DNA from: Clostridia bacterium | Lineage (GTDB): Bacteria > Bacillota > Clostridia > CAKSNL01 > HGM11501 | Direction of reading: 5' to 3' | Assembly (NCBI GenBank): GCA_045545475.1 | Contig: JAZQAZ010000002.1 | Coordinates: 1 to 64,000 of the forward strand | DNA length: 64,000 nucleotides | Shown here: piece by piece, positions 9,620 through 21,361 of the stretch | Layout of the letters: each line of letters begins with the position of its first letter | Position numbering within the stretch: the stretch's first letter is position 1 | Translations under genes and position numbers: made by a program | The notes under the pieces: model-generated | What the model was told of the DNA's origin: nothing | Databases searched by the model: none | Seen by the model: the letters and a program-made list of their open reading frames with translations, nothing else

Positions 9620-12600
9620 ATGTCGGTATTTGATAAGATTCTTACTGAATCCGAAGAATACAACAAAATACTTAAGGCTGTAAATAGCGGTGGAGCACCT
9701 GTTCATGTCACCGGTGTGACGGAGGCGGAAAAGGCTCACCTTTTATACAGCCTTTTTTGTCATACGGGAAAGAAGATATTTATTCTTACAGCTAATGACC
9801 GTTCGGCGAAAAAACTGGAAAGTGATATTAAACCGTTTATATATAATACTGTTCACTTAAAGGAAAAAGAACTTTCACTGCGTAAGGTTGACGCTATGGG
9901 GCATGATGCTCTTTTCGAAAGATTGAAAAGCCTTTACATGGCAAATGATTCATCTTTAGTAATAGCATCGGTAAATTCCCTTTTGCAGCCTGTAACTCCG
10001 AAGGATGCCTTTGATGCAGGGACTCTTACCTTCGCAGCGGGGGATGAATATGACCTCCCTGAGCTTTGTAAAAAACTTTCTGAAATAGGATATGCAAGGT
10101 GCGATACAGTAGAGACGAAAGGAAATTTTGCCTTAAGGGGTGGAATACTGGACATATTCTCTCCTGATTCCGATTATCCGGTAAGAATGGAATTTTTCGG
10201 GGATGAAATTGATACGATAAGATATTTTGATCCTGAAAGTCAGCTCTCCACGGAAAGGACAGACAGCGTAAAGGTTATTCCTGCGGATGAGATTGAAGAA
10301 ACAGGCTCTGTATTAAGCTATATTCCGGAGGATTGGCTTTTCTGTTTTGATGAACCGCTTAGAATAAGCGAGCAGGCAAAGGCAATAAAAGAAGAAGTGT
10401 CTGAACGTGTGAAAACACTCATGGAAAATGACATGCTGAAAGAGGTTAAAGATAAATATATCAATGACTATTCTGCTCTTATGGCTGAAATATCGAAAAG
10501 GCAGATTGTGTCTCTTGCGGCAATTTCCCTTGCAACTCCTGATTTCAGACCGAAGGAGCTTTTAAGCCTTACCGTAAAATCCATGCAACCATATAACGGT
10601 AATACCGAAATGCTTACTGAAGATATACTCTATTACAAAGAGAAAAAATTCCGCATTATCGTTATGGCGGGAAGCAAGGAGAGAATAAAGGCAATTTCCG
10701 AAGTGCTTTTTGAAAAAGGAATAAGCACTTCGACTGACGAGGATACACTTCCGGAACGTGGGGTTGTGCTTCTTCTGCACGGAAGTTTTTCCGGCGGATA
10801 TGAGTATCCGCTGATAAACACGGTGGTTATTAGCGACAGACAGATGCTTTCTTTTGAAAAGAAGAAATATAAAAGAAAGCTTTATAATGCGTCGGACCTT
10901 ATATCCTATACGGAACTTTCAGTGGGCGATTATGTTGTTCATGAAACTCATGGTATCGGAAAGTTTATGGGGATGCAGAAAATCAACGCTGCCGGAAGCA
11001 TAAAAGAATATCTTAAAATAGCTTACCACGGAGAAGACGTTCTGTATGTTCCTGCGACACAGCTTGATATGCTCCATAAATATAAAAGTTCTCTCGCTGA
11101 AACCGACGGAGAGAAAAAAAGCGTAAAGCTTAATCGCCTCGGAGGAACTGAATGGAGCAAAACCAAGTCAAATGTAAAGAAAAATGTATTTGACCTGGCG
11201 GAAAAGCTGGTAAAGCTTTATGCGGAGCGAAGTGCTCTTAAAGGCCACAGTTTTCCTGCAGATGATAACTGGCAAAGAGAATTTGAAGAAGAATTTATTT
11301 ATGAGGAAACGGAAGATCAGAAGCGTTCAATAGCAGAAATGAAGGACGATATGGAATCCGACAAATGCATGGACAGATTACTGTTGGGTGATGTGGGATT
11401 CGGAAAAACAGAGGTTGCCATGCGCGGAGCCTTCAAATGCGTTTGCGATAATAAGCAGGTGGCCTACCTTGTTCCTACAACGGTTTTGGCGGCACAGCAA
11501 TATGCCAATTTCGTGGAACGTATGAAAAATTATCCCATTACTGTTGAAATGCTCAGCCGATTCAAAAATAAAAGAGCACAGGACGATATAATTCGCCGCA
11601 CAAAAAGAGGCGAGGTTGATATTCTAATCGGTACACACAGGATTTTGTCGAAGGACGTAGAATTCAAAGATCTTGGCCTTCTGATAATTGATGAAGAACA
11701 ACGCTTTGGAGTAGGACATAAGGAAAGCATCAAGGAACTTAAGAAAAATATTGATGTTTTGTCTCTTTCTGCAACTCCCATTCCCAGAAGTTTGAATATG
11801 GCGATGATAGGAATAAGAGATATGAGCATTTTGTCGATGCCGCCTGAGGACAGACTGCCTGTTCAGACCTTTGCCATGGAATATAATGAGTCGGTAGTCA
11901 ATGAGGCTATAGAAAGAGAGCTTTCAAGATCAGGCCAGGTGTACTATCTGTTTAACAGGATTACGGGAATATACAAGGTGGCTGAAAGAATAAAACAAAG
12001 CTTTCCGGATGCAAATATCGCCGTGGGACACGGGCAGATGAATGAAAGAGAACTTGAAGACATAATGATGAAAATGGTGGAGGGAGAAATAGATATTCTT
12101 GTATGTACCACCATTATAGAAACAGGACTTGATATTCCTAATGTAAACACAATAATAATCGAAGATGCTGACAGAATCGGACTTTCACAGCTTTATCAGC
12201 TCAGAGGAAGAGTCGGACGTTCGAGTCGTCTTGCATATGCATATCTCACTTACAGAAAAGATAAGGTACTGAGTGAAATAGCGGAAAAAAGGCTTAAGGC
12301 GATAAGGGAGTTTACAGAATTCGGCTCCGGCTTCAGAATAGCTATGAGAGACTTGGAGCTACGAGGTGCGGGCAATATTCTCGGCCCTGAACAGTCAGGA
12401 TTTATGATGAGTGTCGGTTATGAGGTTTATTGCAATCTTTTGACAGAAGCGGTAGCATCTGCTAGAGGCGAAGCTGTTCCTGAAAAGGAAGAGTGCCTTG
12501 TGGATCTTGATATATCGGCATACATTCCCGAAAGCTATGTTTCAGACGGCAATACAAGAATTCAGATGTACAAAAAGATTGCGGGAATTTTAGACCTTTC

Positions 12601-12937
12601 AGACAGCTATCTTGTTGAAGAAGAACTTGAAGACCGCTTTGGAGACATTCCAAGGGAAACAAAAATGCTTATTGACGTGGCGATGATCCGTTCCGAAGCA
12701 AGAAAAATGGGAATAAGCGAAATAGGTAAGAAAAACGAAAGAATTCTTATATATCCGTCAGAAAGATTCAAAGATATTCCCGGAACAATTGCAAGCCTAA
12801 ACGGAGTTTTCAGAGGCAAAGTTATGTTTGCGTCAACAGGAAGACCGTGCATTTATGTGAGGTGCGGAGAGCTTAATGCCGAAAACACTCTGGAGTTTGT
12901 TAAAAAAGTATTACAAAACTTGAAATGCGGCGAATAA
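9620..12937 (+). CDS. mfd: Transcription-repair coupling factor
   Basis: RGGILDIF, GDYVVHETHGIG (RID), GDVGFGKTEVA, DEEQRFGV, QLYQLRGRVGR, TRCF C-terminus. Confidence 0.97.
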   Translation: MSVFDKILTESEEYNKILKAVNSGGAPVHVTGVTEAEKAHLLYSLFCHTGKKIFILTANDRSAKKLESDIKPFIYNTVHLKEKELSLRKVDAMGHDALFERLKSLYMANDSSLVIASVNSLLQPVTPKDAFDAGTLTFAAGDEYDLPELCKKLSEIGYARCDTVETKGNFALRGGILDIFSPDSDYPVRMEFFGDEIDTIRYFDPESQLSTERTDSVKVIPADEIEETGSVLSYIPEDWLFCFDEPLRISEQAKAIKEEVSERVKTLMENDMLKEVKDKYINDYSALMAEISKRQIVSLAAISLATPDFRPKELLSLTVKSMQPYNGNTEMLTEDILYYKEKKFRIIVMAGSKERIKAISEVLFEKGISTSTDEDTLPERGVVLLLHGSFSGGYEYPLINTVVISDRQMLSFEKKKYKRKLYNASDLISYTELSVGDYVVHETHGIGKFMGMQKINAAGSIKEYLKIAYHGEDVLYVPATQLDMLHKYKSSLAETDGEKKSVKLNRLGGTEWSKTKSNVKKNVFDLAEKLVKLYAERSALKGHSFPADDNWQREFEEEFIYEETEDQKRSIAEMKDDMESDKCMDRLLLGDVGFGKTEVAMRGAFKCVCDNKQVAYLVPTTVLAAQQYANFVERMKNYPITVEMLSRFKNKRAQDDIIRRTKRGEVDILIGTHRILSKDVEFKDLGLLIIDEEQRFGVGHKESIKELKKNIDVLSLSATPIPRSLNMAMIGIRDMSILSMPPEDRLPVQTFAMEYNESVVNEAIERELSRSGQVYYLFNRITGIYKVAERIKQSFPDANIAVGHGQMNERELEDIMMKMVEGEIDILVCTTIIETGLDIPNVNTIIIEDADRIGLSQLYQLRGRVGRSSRLAYAYLTYRKDKVLSEIAEKRLKAIREFTEFGSGFRIAMRDLELRGAGNILGPEQSGFMMSVGYEVYCNLLTEAVASARGEAVPEKEECLVDLDISAYIPESYVSDGNTRIQMYKKIAGILDLSDSYLVEEELEDRFGDIPRETKMLIDVAMIRSEARKMGISEIGKKNERILIYPSERFKDIPGTIASLNGVFRGKVMFASTGRPCIYVRCGELNAENTLEFVKKVLQNLKCGE

Positions 12938-13002
12938 TATAGTATAATGTTATATTAGCAAAGAATATATAAAACATGAAAAACAGAAAGGGTTGTATCA
13001 AA

Positions 13003-14127
13003 ATGAAAAAAACAGTAAAAATGATTTTATGCTTTGCACTTGCACTTACCATGTTGGTTGGTTGCACAGTTGTAAATGTGGCAAAAGCAGGTAGCGTAAA
13101 CGGAAAAGACATTCCTCTCGGAGTATATAAGTATTCTGTGAGAATTGCTGAAATGTACTTAGGTGTTATGGATGCGGAAGACACGGTAACCATGATTGCA
13201 ATGTATGACTCTTATACAGCTTCTCTGGTTTATAATGCAATTTCCGATATTATTACAGCAGCTCCTACTCCTGCCGAGGGTGAAAAACTCTGGGATGTGG
13301 CTTATGGAGAGACAACTGTTGGTGAAGCCGTTAAGGAAGCGGTATTTAATGAACTTGCAAAACTTTATGTTGCAGAAGATCTTGCAGCAGAAAAGGAAAT
13401 TACGCTTACTGCAGAAGAACTTGAATCGATAAGCAATGCAAAGTCAAGCCTCTACAGCATAACAGGCTCTAAGGCATCCTTTGACGAAGCACTCGGAAAA
13501 ATTAATCTTACAGCTAATCAGCTTGAAGACCTTTGGGTAAAGATAATGCTTTCCAATAAGCTTTCTGAAAAGCTTGCAGAGGAAAATGAAGTTACAGCTG
13601 AAGAAGCTAAGACATATTTTGACGATAACTATATGAGAGTTAAGCACATCCTTGTGAAGATTGGCGATGAGGGTATAGAAACCATCGACGATGCAAAAGC
13701 AAAGGCTGATGAAATTCTTGGTGCACTTGCTTCAGGCGGAGATTTCGAGGCTCTTATGACAGCTTATTCAAGCGATGTTGACGGCGAAGGCAATGTTAAC
13801 GGCGGAGATGAAGGATATATCTTTAAGGAAGGCGACTTTGGAAATCCTGCATTTGAAGATGCGTCCAAGGCTCTTGCCATCGGCGAATATACAAAAGAAG
13901 CTGTACTTGTTACAGGCGGTAGCTATGAAGGATATCATATTATAAAGCGACTTGAAATTCCCGAAAATTATTTTGATGATAATTCTGAAAGTCTCACAGC
14001 TACAATAAAGTCAGTACTTTCTTCAGAGGCATATGAAGAATATGTTGATGCGGCTTTGGCTGAGGCTGATGTAGTTAAGAGTGAATCCAAGATAAAGGGA
14101 GTAAAGCTTACCGTAGTCAAGGAATGA
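13003..14127 (+). CDS. PrsA-like parvulin peptidyl-prolyl isomerase lipoprotein
   Basis: Lipobox LVGC; VKHILVK, FEALM..YSSD, FEDA, GYHIIKR; downstream of mfd. Confidence 0.85.
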   Translation: MKKTVKMILCFALALTMLVGCTVVNVAKAGSVNGKDIPLGVYKYSVRIAEMYLGVMDAEDTVTMIAMYDSYTASLVYNAISDIITAAPTPAEGEKLWDVAYGETTVGEAVKEAVFNELAKLYVAEDLAAEKEITLTAEELESISNAKSSLYSITGSKASFDEALGKINLTANQLEDLWVKIMLSNKLSEKLAEENEVTAEEAKTYFDDNYMRVKHILVKIGDEGIETIDDAKAKADEILGALASGGDFEALMTAYSSDVDGEGNVNGGDEGYIFKEGDFGNPAFEDASKALAIGEYTKEAVLVTGGSYEGYHIIKRLEIPENYFDDNSESLTATIKSVLSSEAYEEYVDAALAEADVVKSESKIKGVKLTVVKE

Positions 14128-14134
14128 AACAGAT

Positions 14135-14178
14135 AAAAAGCTAAGGGGCGCGTAAACGCCCCTTTCGGCCTTTTCTTT
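14135..14178 (+). terminator. Terminator after the prsA-like gene
   Basis: aaggggcg-cgtaaa-cgcccctt with extension and T tract. Confidence 0.6.
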
Positions 14179-14211
14179 AAGGTTATCGGAAAAGCATTCG
14201 GAGGATGAAAA

Positions 14212-15090
14212 ATGATTAAGAGCATGACAGGCTACGGCCATTTTGAAGACACTGTAAATATGAGAAAAATCAGTGCGGAAATCCGCTCTGTTAACCACAG
14301 ATATACTGATTTCACCGTGAAAGTACCACGCCAGTACGGCTTTCTGGAAGACATCTTGCGTAAGGAAGCTTCTGAAGTGGTGAAACGCGGAAAGGTTGAT
14401 ATTTATTTAAGCATTGTGGACTATAATGAGGACAGCGTTATGGTAAGTGCCAATAAGGAACTTGCTAAGAGCTACCTTAAAGAACTTGAAAACCTTTCTG
14501 AATTGCTTGGAGTAGAAAACAATGTTGCGGTTACCGACATTGCAAGATTTCCCGATATGTTCAAGGTTGATAAGCCTCCCGTAGATGAGGAAGAACTTAC
14601 AAATGATGTTCTTTCTGTATTCAGAAAGGCTCTCTCTCTTTACGATACCATGCGTAAGGAAGAAGGAGCAAGGCTTGGTGCGGATCTTCTTGAAAAGGGA
14701 AAGGTTATAGAAGATTATGTTGCTAAAATCAGAGAAAGAGCACCTTTAATCGTCGAAGAATATGCAAAGCGATTAAGAGAGGGAATGGAAGAAATTTTAG
14801 GAAAGGTTCCTGTTGACGAAGGAAGGTTGCTTAACGAGGTGGCTGTTTTTACTGACAGAGTTAATGTTGATGAGGAGATGGTTCGCCTCGGAAGCCACGT
14901 CAAAGAGCTTTCGACCATAATTGAGGGAAATGTTCCCGCAGGCAGAAAGCTTGACTTCCTCGTACAGGAAATCAACCGTGAAGTAAACACCACAGGTTCA
15001 AAATCCAACGATGTGACAACAACTAAGATGGTTGTGGAAATGAAGACGGAAATAGAAAAAATGCGTGAACAGATTCAGAATATTGAATAA
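14212..15090 (+). CDS. yicC: YicC/YloC family endoribonuclease
   Basis: [55 protein letters not shown]. Confidence 0.95.
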   Translation: MIKSMTGYGHFEDTVNMRKISAEIRSVNHRYTDFTVKVPRQYGFLEDILRKEASEVVKRGKVDIYLSIVDYNEDSVMVSANKELAKSYLKELENLSELLGVENNVAVTDIARFPDMFKVDKPPVDEEELTNDVLSVFRKALSLYDTMRKEEGARLGADLLEKGKVIEDYVAKIRERAPLIVEEYAKRLREGMEEILGKVPVDEGRLLNEVAVFTDRVNVDEEMVRLGSHVKELSTIIEGNVPAGRKLDFLVQEINREVNTTGSKSNDVTTTKMVVEMKTEIEKMREQIQNIE

Positions 15091-15101
15091 GGGGAATTGA
15101 T

Positions 15102-15359
15102 ATGAAAATTATAAATATCGGTTTCGGAAATATTGTTAACGCAGCTCATGTTGTAGCGGTGGTTTCTCCGGAATCCGCTCCTGTCAAAAGGCTGGTGCAG
15201 GATGCAAGGGAAAGAGGCAAGCTGATTGATGCTACATACGGAAGAAGAACCAGAGCGGTTATTATAACAGACTCTGATCATGTGGTAACAAGCTCGCTGC
15301 AGCCGGATACCATAGCTCATAGATTTGATGCATCTGAGGAGGAGGAACAGGATGGCTAA
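15102..15359 (+). CDS. remA: Extracellular matrix regulator RemA (DUF370)
   Basis: INIGFGNIV...[40 protein letters not shown]. Confidence 0.95.
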   Translation: MKIINIGFGNIVNAAHVVAVVSPESAPVKRLVQDARERGKLIDATYGRRTRAVIITDSDHVVTSSLQPDTIAHRFDASEEEEQDG

Positions 15360-15966
15360 GGGAAGTGTTATAATTGTATCAGGTCCTTCGGGAGTAGGAA
15401 AAGGGACTATAGTCAAGGCGGTTGTTGAAAAGAGAACAGATTTGTTTTTATCTGTTTCCTGTACAACAAGAGCTCCCAGAGAGGGCGAAATTCCCGGAAA
15501 GAGCTATTATTATATTTCCGAGGAAGAATTTCAGAAAAGGATTGACGAAAAGTATTTTCTTGAGTGGAATGACTATGTAGACCATCGATACGGCACTCCG
15601 ATAGGTCCCGTTCTTGAAGCTATGGAAGAAGGGAAAAGCACTCTTCTTGAAATAGAGGTTAACGGTGCCGCAAGAGCTAAGAAAAGTTATCCCGAAGCGG
15701 TTTTGGTCTTTGTGCTTCCGCCTTCCATGTCGGAACTAAAAAGAAGACTTGAAGCAAGAGACGCCGACAATCCTGTTGCACTTGCACAGGTTGATAAGCG
15801 AATGGAGCGTGCCCTTGAAGAAATTGAGCACATAGATGAGTATGACTATGTAATCGTGAATGACAATCTTAATGAAGCCATAGTTAAGCTGAATGAGATT
15901 GTGAATGCAGGAAATATGCGTGTAAAAAACAATAAAGAAATTATAGAAAAAATAAAAAACAGTTAA
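15352..15966 (+). CDS. gmk: Guanylate kinase
   Basis: [35 protein letters not shown]. Confidence 0.96.
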   Translation: MAKGSVIIVSGPSGVGKGTIVKAVVEKRTDLFLSVSCTTRAPREGEIPGKSYYYISEEEFQKRIDEKYFLEWNDYVDHRYGTPIGPVLEAMEEGKSTLLEIEVNGAARAKKSYPEAVLVFVLPPSMSELKRRLEARDADNPVALAQVDKRMERALEEIEHIDEYDYVIVNDNLNEAIVKLNEIVNAGNMRVKNNKEIIEKIKNS

Positions 15967-15991
15967 TTTAATTTGAAAGGAAGTTTTTGTT

Positions 15992-16192
15992 ATGATGATA
16001 TACCCTTCAGTTGATGAACTTATGAAGAAGTACGATAGCCGTTACAGCATTGTTATAGCGGCAGCTAAGAGAGCCAGAGAGCTTGAGGATAAGGAAAATC
16101 CTCAGGAGCCTTTGGTTAAAACCGAGTCCGAAAAGCCCGTAACTATTGCTGTTGAAGAAATTTACGAGGGCAAAATAGATTTCTCCAAATAA
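15992..16192 (+). CDS. rpoZ: RNA polymerase omega subunit
   Basis: YPSVDELM..DSRYSIVIAAAKRAREL...KPVTIAVEEI; follows gmk. Confidence 0.95.
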   Translation: MMIYPSVDELMKKYDSRYSIVIAAAKRARELEDKENPQEPLVKTESEKPVTIAVEEIYEGKIDFSK

Positions 16193-16195
16193 GTT

Positions 16196-18625
16196 ATGAC
16201 TGACAAAGCGGAAGTTTTAGCAAAGGTATCTGTTGATACCGGTCTTATGTCGCTGGACAAGAGTTTTGATTATAAAATTCCTGAAGAATTAAAAGGGATT
16301 TTAAGAATCGGCCACGCTGTTTCGGTACCTTTCGGAAAAACAAAGAAGAACGGTATTGTAATAGGCTTCAGTGATGAAAAATCCCAATACCGCTTGAGAA
16401 ATATTCTTGAAATAAACGGAAACGAGCCGGTAATAGGTGAAAAGGAAATAGAGCTTGCCGCATATATGCAGAAAATGTATGTGGCGTCCTTTCATGACTG
16501 TCTTAAACTTATGTGTCCTCCGGGGACATTTTCAAGAGAGGATGTAATAATAAGAATGAATGAAACTGCTGACGTGGAGGAAGTTCATTCCGTAAGTCAG
16601 GAAAGGATTCTGGCGTATCTTTCCGAAGAGGGGCGGGAAGCTACGATCGAAGAACTTAAGGCTGTTTTTGGAAGCGAGGCTTTACGGGCTGTTAATGCTC
16701 TTGTCGGAAAGGGACTTATAGAAAAAGAAACGGTTTCGGTAAAAGGAGTCAGTGAACTTAAAAGAAAACATGTACGCCTTTTAAAAAGCGAAAGTGAATT
16801 TCTTGATATACTGGGTAGCCGTGCAACAGCACAGATTAAAGCGGCAACGGCGTTGCTTTCCGGGGCACGGAGCTTATCCGAGCTTTGCGAAAAGGAAGGT
16901 GTTACATCCGGGGCTGTAAAGGCTCTTTCTGAAAAAGGAATTGTTGAGATATATAATGAAACCCTCAGAAGGAATCCTTTTTCTGAAAAAGAGGTGGAAA
17001 AGACATTTAAGCTTTCACCGACCGAAGAACAGACAAGGGTTCTCAGCATTTTAAGGGAAGCTGTTGAAAATGGAAAGAGCGATACATTTTTGCTTCACGG
17101 CGTAACGGGAAGCGGAAAAACAGAAGTTTTCATGCAAATCATAGAGCAGGTTCTTGAAAAAGGCAAGACTGCAATTGTTCTGGTTCCGGAAATATCTTTA
17201 ACCCCCCAGATGACAGACCATTTTATAGGCAGATTCGGAGAAAAAATAGCTATACTCCACAGTGTTTTGTCCCAGGGAGAAAGACTTGACGAATGGAACA
17301 GAATCAAAAATGGTGAGGCAAGGGTAGTGGTTGGTGCACGCTCGGCTGTATTTGCACCACTTTCTGATATAGGAATAATAATCGTTGATGAAGAACACGA
17401 AAACACCTATAAATCCGAACAGTCTCCCAGGTATGATGCCAGGGAAGTGGCTAAAAAAAGATGTATGCAAAATGAAGCACCGTTGCTTCTGGCTTCAGCA
17501 ACTCCGGATATTAAAAGCTATTACAAGGCATTAAACGGCGAATATAAGCTTCTTAAAATGACAAAGCGATATAACGAGGCAAAGCTTCCGGAGGTAAGAG
17601 TTTCTGATATGCGTAAGGAGCTTGCCGAAGGAAACCGAAGCATGCTTTCAAGCCTTTTGAGAGACGAAATTGCGAAAAATATTAAAAATGGAGAGCAAAC
17701 GGTTCTTTTTCTTAACCGAAGAGGATTTTCAACCTTTGTATCCTGCCGTGATTGCGGATATGTGGTAAGTTGTCCTGAGTGTAGCATAGCGCTTACTTAT
17801 CATAGGGCGGAAGAAAGTCTCAATTGTCACTACTGCGGATACAAAACACGAGTTATAAAAACTTGTCCTGAGTGTAAGGGGGGCCATGTCCGCTATTTCG
17901 GTGCAGGAACTCAGAAACTTGAGGAAGAAATTAAAAAGACATTCCCCGGTGTAAGTTGCATCAGGATGGATGTGGACACAACTTCAAGAAAGGGAAGTCA
18001 CGAAAAAATACTTAAAACCTTCAGCAAGGAAAAAATTGATATTCTGCTTGGGACACAGATGGTATCAAAGGGGCTTGATTTCCCGAATATTTCTTTGGTC
18101 GGAGTCATGGCGGCAGATATGTCACTTAATATTGACGATTACAGGGCATCGGAGAGAACCTTTGATTTAATTACCCAGGTCTGCGGAAGAGCTGGTAGGG
18201 GAGAAAAGGCAGGAAGAGCGGTAATTCAAACATATACTCCCGATAATGATGTTATAAAAATGGCAAGGACTCAAAATTATGAAGCCTTTTATGAAAGCGA
18301 AATAGCATATAGAGAAATGTTTTCCTATCCGCCGTTTTCCGATATAGTATCTTTTGTTTTTTCTGCGGAAGATAATTCACTTGCGGAAAAGGCCTGCCGT
18401 GAATCTGAAAAATTGGCAGAGAAGATGCTGGAAGGCTTTGAATTTACCAAATATTCATCCATGCCGGCACCGCTTTCTAAAATCAAGGGGCGTTACAGAT
18501 GGAGATATTGGATTAAAATCAGTGCAGATGACTGCGTAAGGAAGCTTCTTAAGGATATTTATATGGGACATAAAGATAAAAATGTAAGGTTAAGTCTTGA
18601 AATTAATCCGGGAAGCATGCTATAG
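16196..18625 (+). CDS. priA: Primosomal protein N'
   Basis: [27 protein letters not shown], four CxxC pairs, KGLDFP, GRAGRG. Confidence 0.97.
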   Translation: MTDKAEVLAKVSVDTGLMSLDKSFDYKIPEELKGILRIGHAVSVPFGKTKKNGIVIGFSDEKSQYRLRNILEINGNEPVIGEKEIELAAYMQKMYVASFHDCLKLMCPPGTFSREDVIIRMNETADVEEVHSVSQERILAYLSEEGREATIEELKAVFGSEALRAVNALVGKGLIEKETVSVKGVSELKRKHVRLLKSESEFLDILGSRATAQIKAATALLSGARSLSELCEKEGVTSGAVKALSEKGIVEIYNETLRRNPFSEKEVEKTFKLSPTEEQTRVLSILREAVENGKSDTFLLHGVTGSGKTEVFMQIIEQVLEKGKTAIVLVPEISLTPQMTDHFIGRFGEKIAILHSVLSQGERLDEWNRIKNGEARVVVGARSAVFAPLSDIGIIIVDEEHENTYKSEQSPRYDAREVAKKRCMQNEAPLLLASATPDIKSYYKALNGEYKLLKMTKRYNEAKLPEVRVSDMRKELAEGNRSMLSSLLRDEIAKNIKNGEQTVLFLNRRGFSTFVSCRDCGYVVSCPECSIALTYHRAEESLNCHYCGYKTRVIKTCPECKGGHVRYFGAGTQKLEEEIKKTFPGVSCIRMDVDTTSRKGSHEKILKTFSKEKIDILLGTQMVSKGLDFPNISLVGVMAADMSLNIDDYRASERTFDLITQVCGRAGRGEKAGRAVIQTYTPDNDVIKMARTQNYEAFYESEIAYREMFSYPPFSDIVSFVFSAEDNSLAEKACRESEKLAEKMLEGFEFTKYSSMPAPLSKIKGRYRWRYWIKISADDCVRKLLKDIYMGHKDKNVRLSLEINPGSML

Positions 18626-18633
18626 GAGGATTT

Positions 18634-19095
18634 ATGGCAATAAGAGAAATCAGAAAAACACCTGATGAGGTGCTTTATAAAAAATCAAGGGAAGTAAATG
18701 ACTTTGACGAAAGACTTCATACTCTCCTTGACGACATGGCGGATACCATGTATGCAGCCAACGGCGTAGGCCTTGCGGCAGTACAGGTGGGCATCCTTAA
18801 GAGGGTTGTTGTTATTGACGTAGGGGAAGGCATTATGGAGCTTATTAACCCCGTTATTATTGAAACTAAAGATACACAGTCCGGAACAGAAGGCTGTTTG
18901 AGTTTTCCGGGACAGTGGGGAATTGTTACAAGACCCAATTACGTTAAGGTAAAGGCTCTTGACAGGTTCGGCAATGAGCAGATTTTGGAAGGAAGAGAGC
19001 TTCTTGCAAGAGCTTTTTGTCACGAGATAGAGCATCTTGACGGTCACGCTTTTATAGAAAAGGTTGAGCGTTTTATCGATCCCGACTCAGAGTAA
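18634..19095 (+). CDS. def: Peptide deformylase
   Basis: [21 protein letters not shown]. Confidence 0.97.
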   Translation: MAIREIRKTPDEVLYKKSREVNDFDERLHTLLDDMADTMYAANGVGLAAVQVGILKRVVVIDVGEGIMELINPVIIETKDTQSGTEGCLSFPGQWGIVTRPNYVKVKALDRFGNEQILEGRELLARAFCHEIEHLDGHAFIEKVERFIDPDSE

Positions 19096-19110
19096 GAAAG
19101 GAAGATTTTC

Positions 19111-20055
19111 ATGCGTATAGGCTTTATGGGGACTCCCGATTTTGCAAGGGCACATCTTGAGGCACTTATAGGAGCGGGACACGAGGTTTTGTTTGTACTT
19201 TGCCGTGCGGATAAACCCGTGGGACGAAAAAAAATACTCACAGCACCTCCTGTTAAAGAGTGTGCTATTGAGCATAATATTCCTTTTTATCAGCCGGAGA
19301 GTCTTAAGGACGGAGCAATAGCTGATGTGCTTGAAAAGTATAATCCTGAGCTTATTGTTGTTGTGGCATACGGAAGAATTTTGCCCGAATATGTTTTAAG
19401 CTATCCTAAATACGGTTGCATAAATGTTCATGGCTCACTTCTTCCAAAATACAGAGGTGCATCTCCTGTACAGTCCGCCATAATTGACGGAGAAGCCGAA
19501 ACCGGAATAACCGTTATGTATATGGACAAGGGCCTTGATACCGGGGATATGATTTTAAAGAAAAAGTGTGCTATTGATATTAAAGACAATCAGATAACAC
19601 TCTTTTCCAAACTTGAAAAGCTGGGAACAGAGGGACTTCTTGAGGCAATAGACCTGATAGAAGAAGGAAAGGCTGAGCGAGAGGTGCAAAATGAAAGCGA
19701 GAGCAACTATGCATCGGTTCTTACCTCAAAGACAGGGCAAATCAATTGGGAAAAAAGTGCCCTTGAAATCCACAATCTGGTAAGAGGAACATATCCGTGG
19801 CCTGCTGCTTATTCATATTTTGAAGGTGTAAAGTATAAAATTACAGAAACAGAACTTTCGGATAAAAGCGGAAAAGCAGGAGAAGTTTTGGTATCAAATC
19901 CCAAAGAAGGATTGATTGTGGCTTCGGGAAGCGGAGCAGTTAAAATAATAAGACTTCAGGCAGAGGGCGGCAAGGAAATGAACGCCACAGACTATTTGAG
20001 AGGTCACAGTATAGATGTCGGAAAGACATTTGATAAATATACCGAAGAGGTATAG
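19111..20055 (+). CDS. fmt: Methionyl-tRNA formyltransferase
   Basis: FMGTPDFA, VVAYGRILP, INVHGSLLPKYRGASP, GLDTGD. Confidence 0.97.
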   Translation: MRIGFMGTPDFARAHLEALIGAGHEVLFVLCRADKPVGRKKILTAPPVKECAIEHNIPFYQPESLKDGAIADVLEKYNPELIVVVAYGRILPEYVLSYPKYGCINVHGSLLPKYRGASPVQSAIIDGEAETGITVMYMDKGLDTGDMILKKKCAIDIKDNQITLFSKLEKLGTEGLLEAIDLIEEGKAEREVQNESESNYASVLTSKTGQINWEKSALEIHNLVRGTYPWPAAYSYFEGVKYKITETELSDKSGKAGEVLVSNPKEGLIVASGSGAVKIIRLQAEGGKEMNATDYLRGHSIDVGKTFDKYTEEV

Positions 20056-20058
20056 CAT

Positions 20059-21342
20059 ATGGATAAAATAAGGCAGACTGCACTTTTGATTTTAGCTGAC
20101 ATCGATGAAAATGGTGCATATATCAATCTTCTTATCGATGAAAAGTGCAGAAAAGAAAAAATATCGGGAAGGGATGCAGCTTTTTTAAGTGAGCTTGTGA
20201 GAGGGACTGTGAGAAACCGCGGTTATCTTGACTATATAATTTCCCGGTATTCTAAAATAAAACTGAAGAAAATATCGGTACTTATCAAAAACATACTCCG
20301 GATGGGACTTTATCAGATTTTCTTTATGGATAAAGTTCCTGCGTCTGCGGCAGTAAATGAGAGCGTGGTACTTTCCAGAAGATATGGCCATGCATCAAGC
20401 TCGGGATTTGTTAATGCAATCTTAAGAAATGCTTTAAGAGACGGAGAAATTTCACTTCCTGATGATAGAACAGAGGCTCTTTCCGTTAAATACTCCTATC
20501 CTCTTTGGATGACGAAACGTTTTATAGAGGACTTCGGCTTTGAAAGAGCAGAAAAAATAATGGAAGCGGGAAACGCAAAGGCAGAAACTGTGATAAGGGT
20601 AAATACACTTAAGATAAGTGCCGACGAACTTTATGAAAAACTTGGAGATGCCGCTTTATCCAGGGATGGGAATATGATAACTCTTAAATATAGCGGCTCT
20701 GTTTCTGAGATAGAAGGCTTCAATGAGGGACTTTTTACTGTTCAGGCCAGGCCCTTTGAAAAAACGGCGGAGCTTTTGGAACCTTCAGCCGGCATGACGG
20801 TGCTTGACGGATGTGCGGCACCGGGTGGAAAAACCACGTATATCGCACAGCTTATGAAAGATAAGGGCGAAATTTTTGCTTGTGACATATATGAACACAA
20901 GCTTAAGCTTATAGAAGATGCGGCAGACAGGCTCTCTTTGCATATCATAAAAACAAAGCTTCATGATGCATCGAAGATTAATGAAGAACTTTCGGGAAAG
21001 TGTGACAGGGTGCTTTTGGATGTTCCCTGCTCAGGCACGGGAATTATCAGGAGAAGGCCCGATATTAAGTGGAACAGACGGGAAGATGAGGACTTTGCAT
21101 CGCTCCAACAAAAAATTCTTGAAAGTCAGAGCAAATGCTTAAAGGCAGGCGGAATATTGATTTATAGTACATGCTCGATTGATAAAAGAGAAAATGAATA
21201 TGTTATAAATGCATTTTTAGAAAAAAATAAAGACTTTAAGCTTATGCCTTTTCCGGGAGGCGAAAAAGGCTATAAAACATGGTATCCCGATACAGATAAG
21301 ACTGATGGGGCATTTATCTGCCGCATGAAAAAGGATACTTAA
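20059..21342 (+). CDS. rsmB: 16S rRNA m5C967 methyltransferase RsmB
   Basis: NusB-like N-terminus (FVNAILRN), CAAPGGKT, LDVPCSGTG, YSTCS. Confidence 0.93.
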   Translation: MDKIRQTALLILADIDENGAYINLLIDEKCRKEKISGRDAAFLSELVRGTVRNRGYLDYIISRYSKIKLKKISVLIKNILRMGLYQIFFMDKVPASAAVNESVVLSRRYGHASSSGFVNAILRNALRDGEISLPDDRTEALSVKYSYPLWMTKRFIEDFGFERAEKIMEAGNAKAETVIRVNTLKISADELYEKLGDAALSRDGNMITLKYSGSVSEIEGFNEGLFTVQARPFEKTAELLEPSAGMTVLDGCAAPGGKTTYIAQLMKDKGEIFACDIYEHKLKLIEDAADRLSLHIIKTKLHDASKINEELSGKCDRVLLDVPCSGTGIIRRRPDIKWNRREDEDFASLQQKILESQSKCLKAGGILIYSTCSIDKRENEYVINAFLEKNKDFKLMPFPGGEKGYKTWYPDTDKTDGAFICRMKKDT

Positions 21343-21361
21343 AAGAAAAGAGGTGAGCGGG

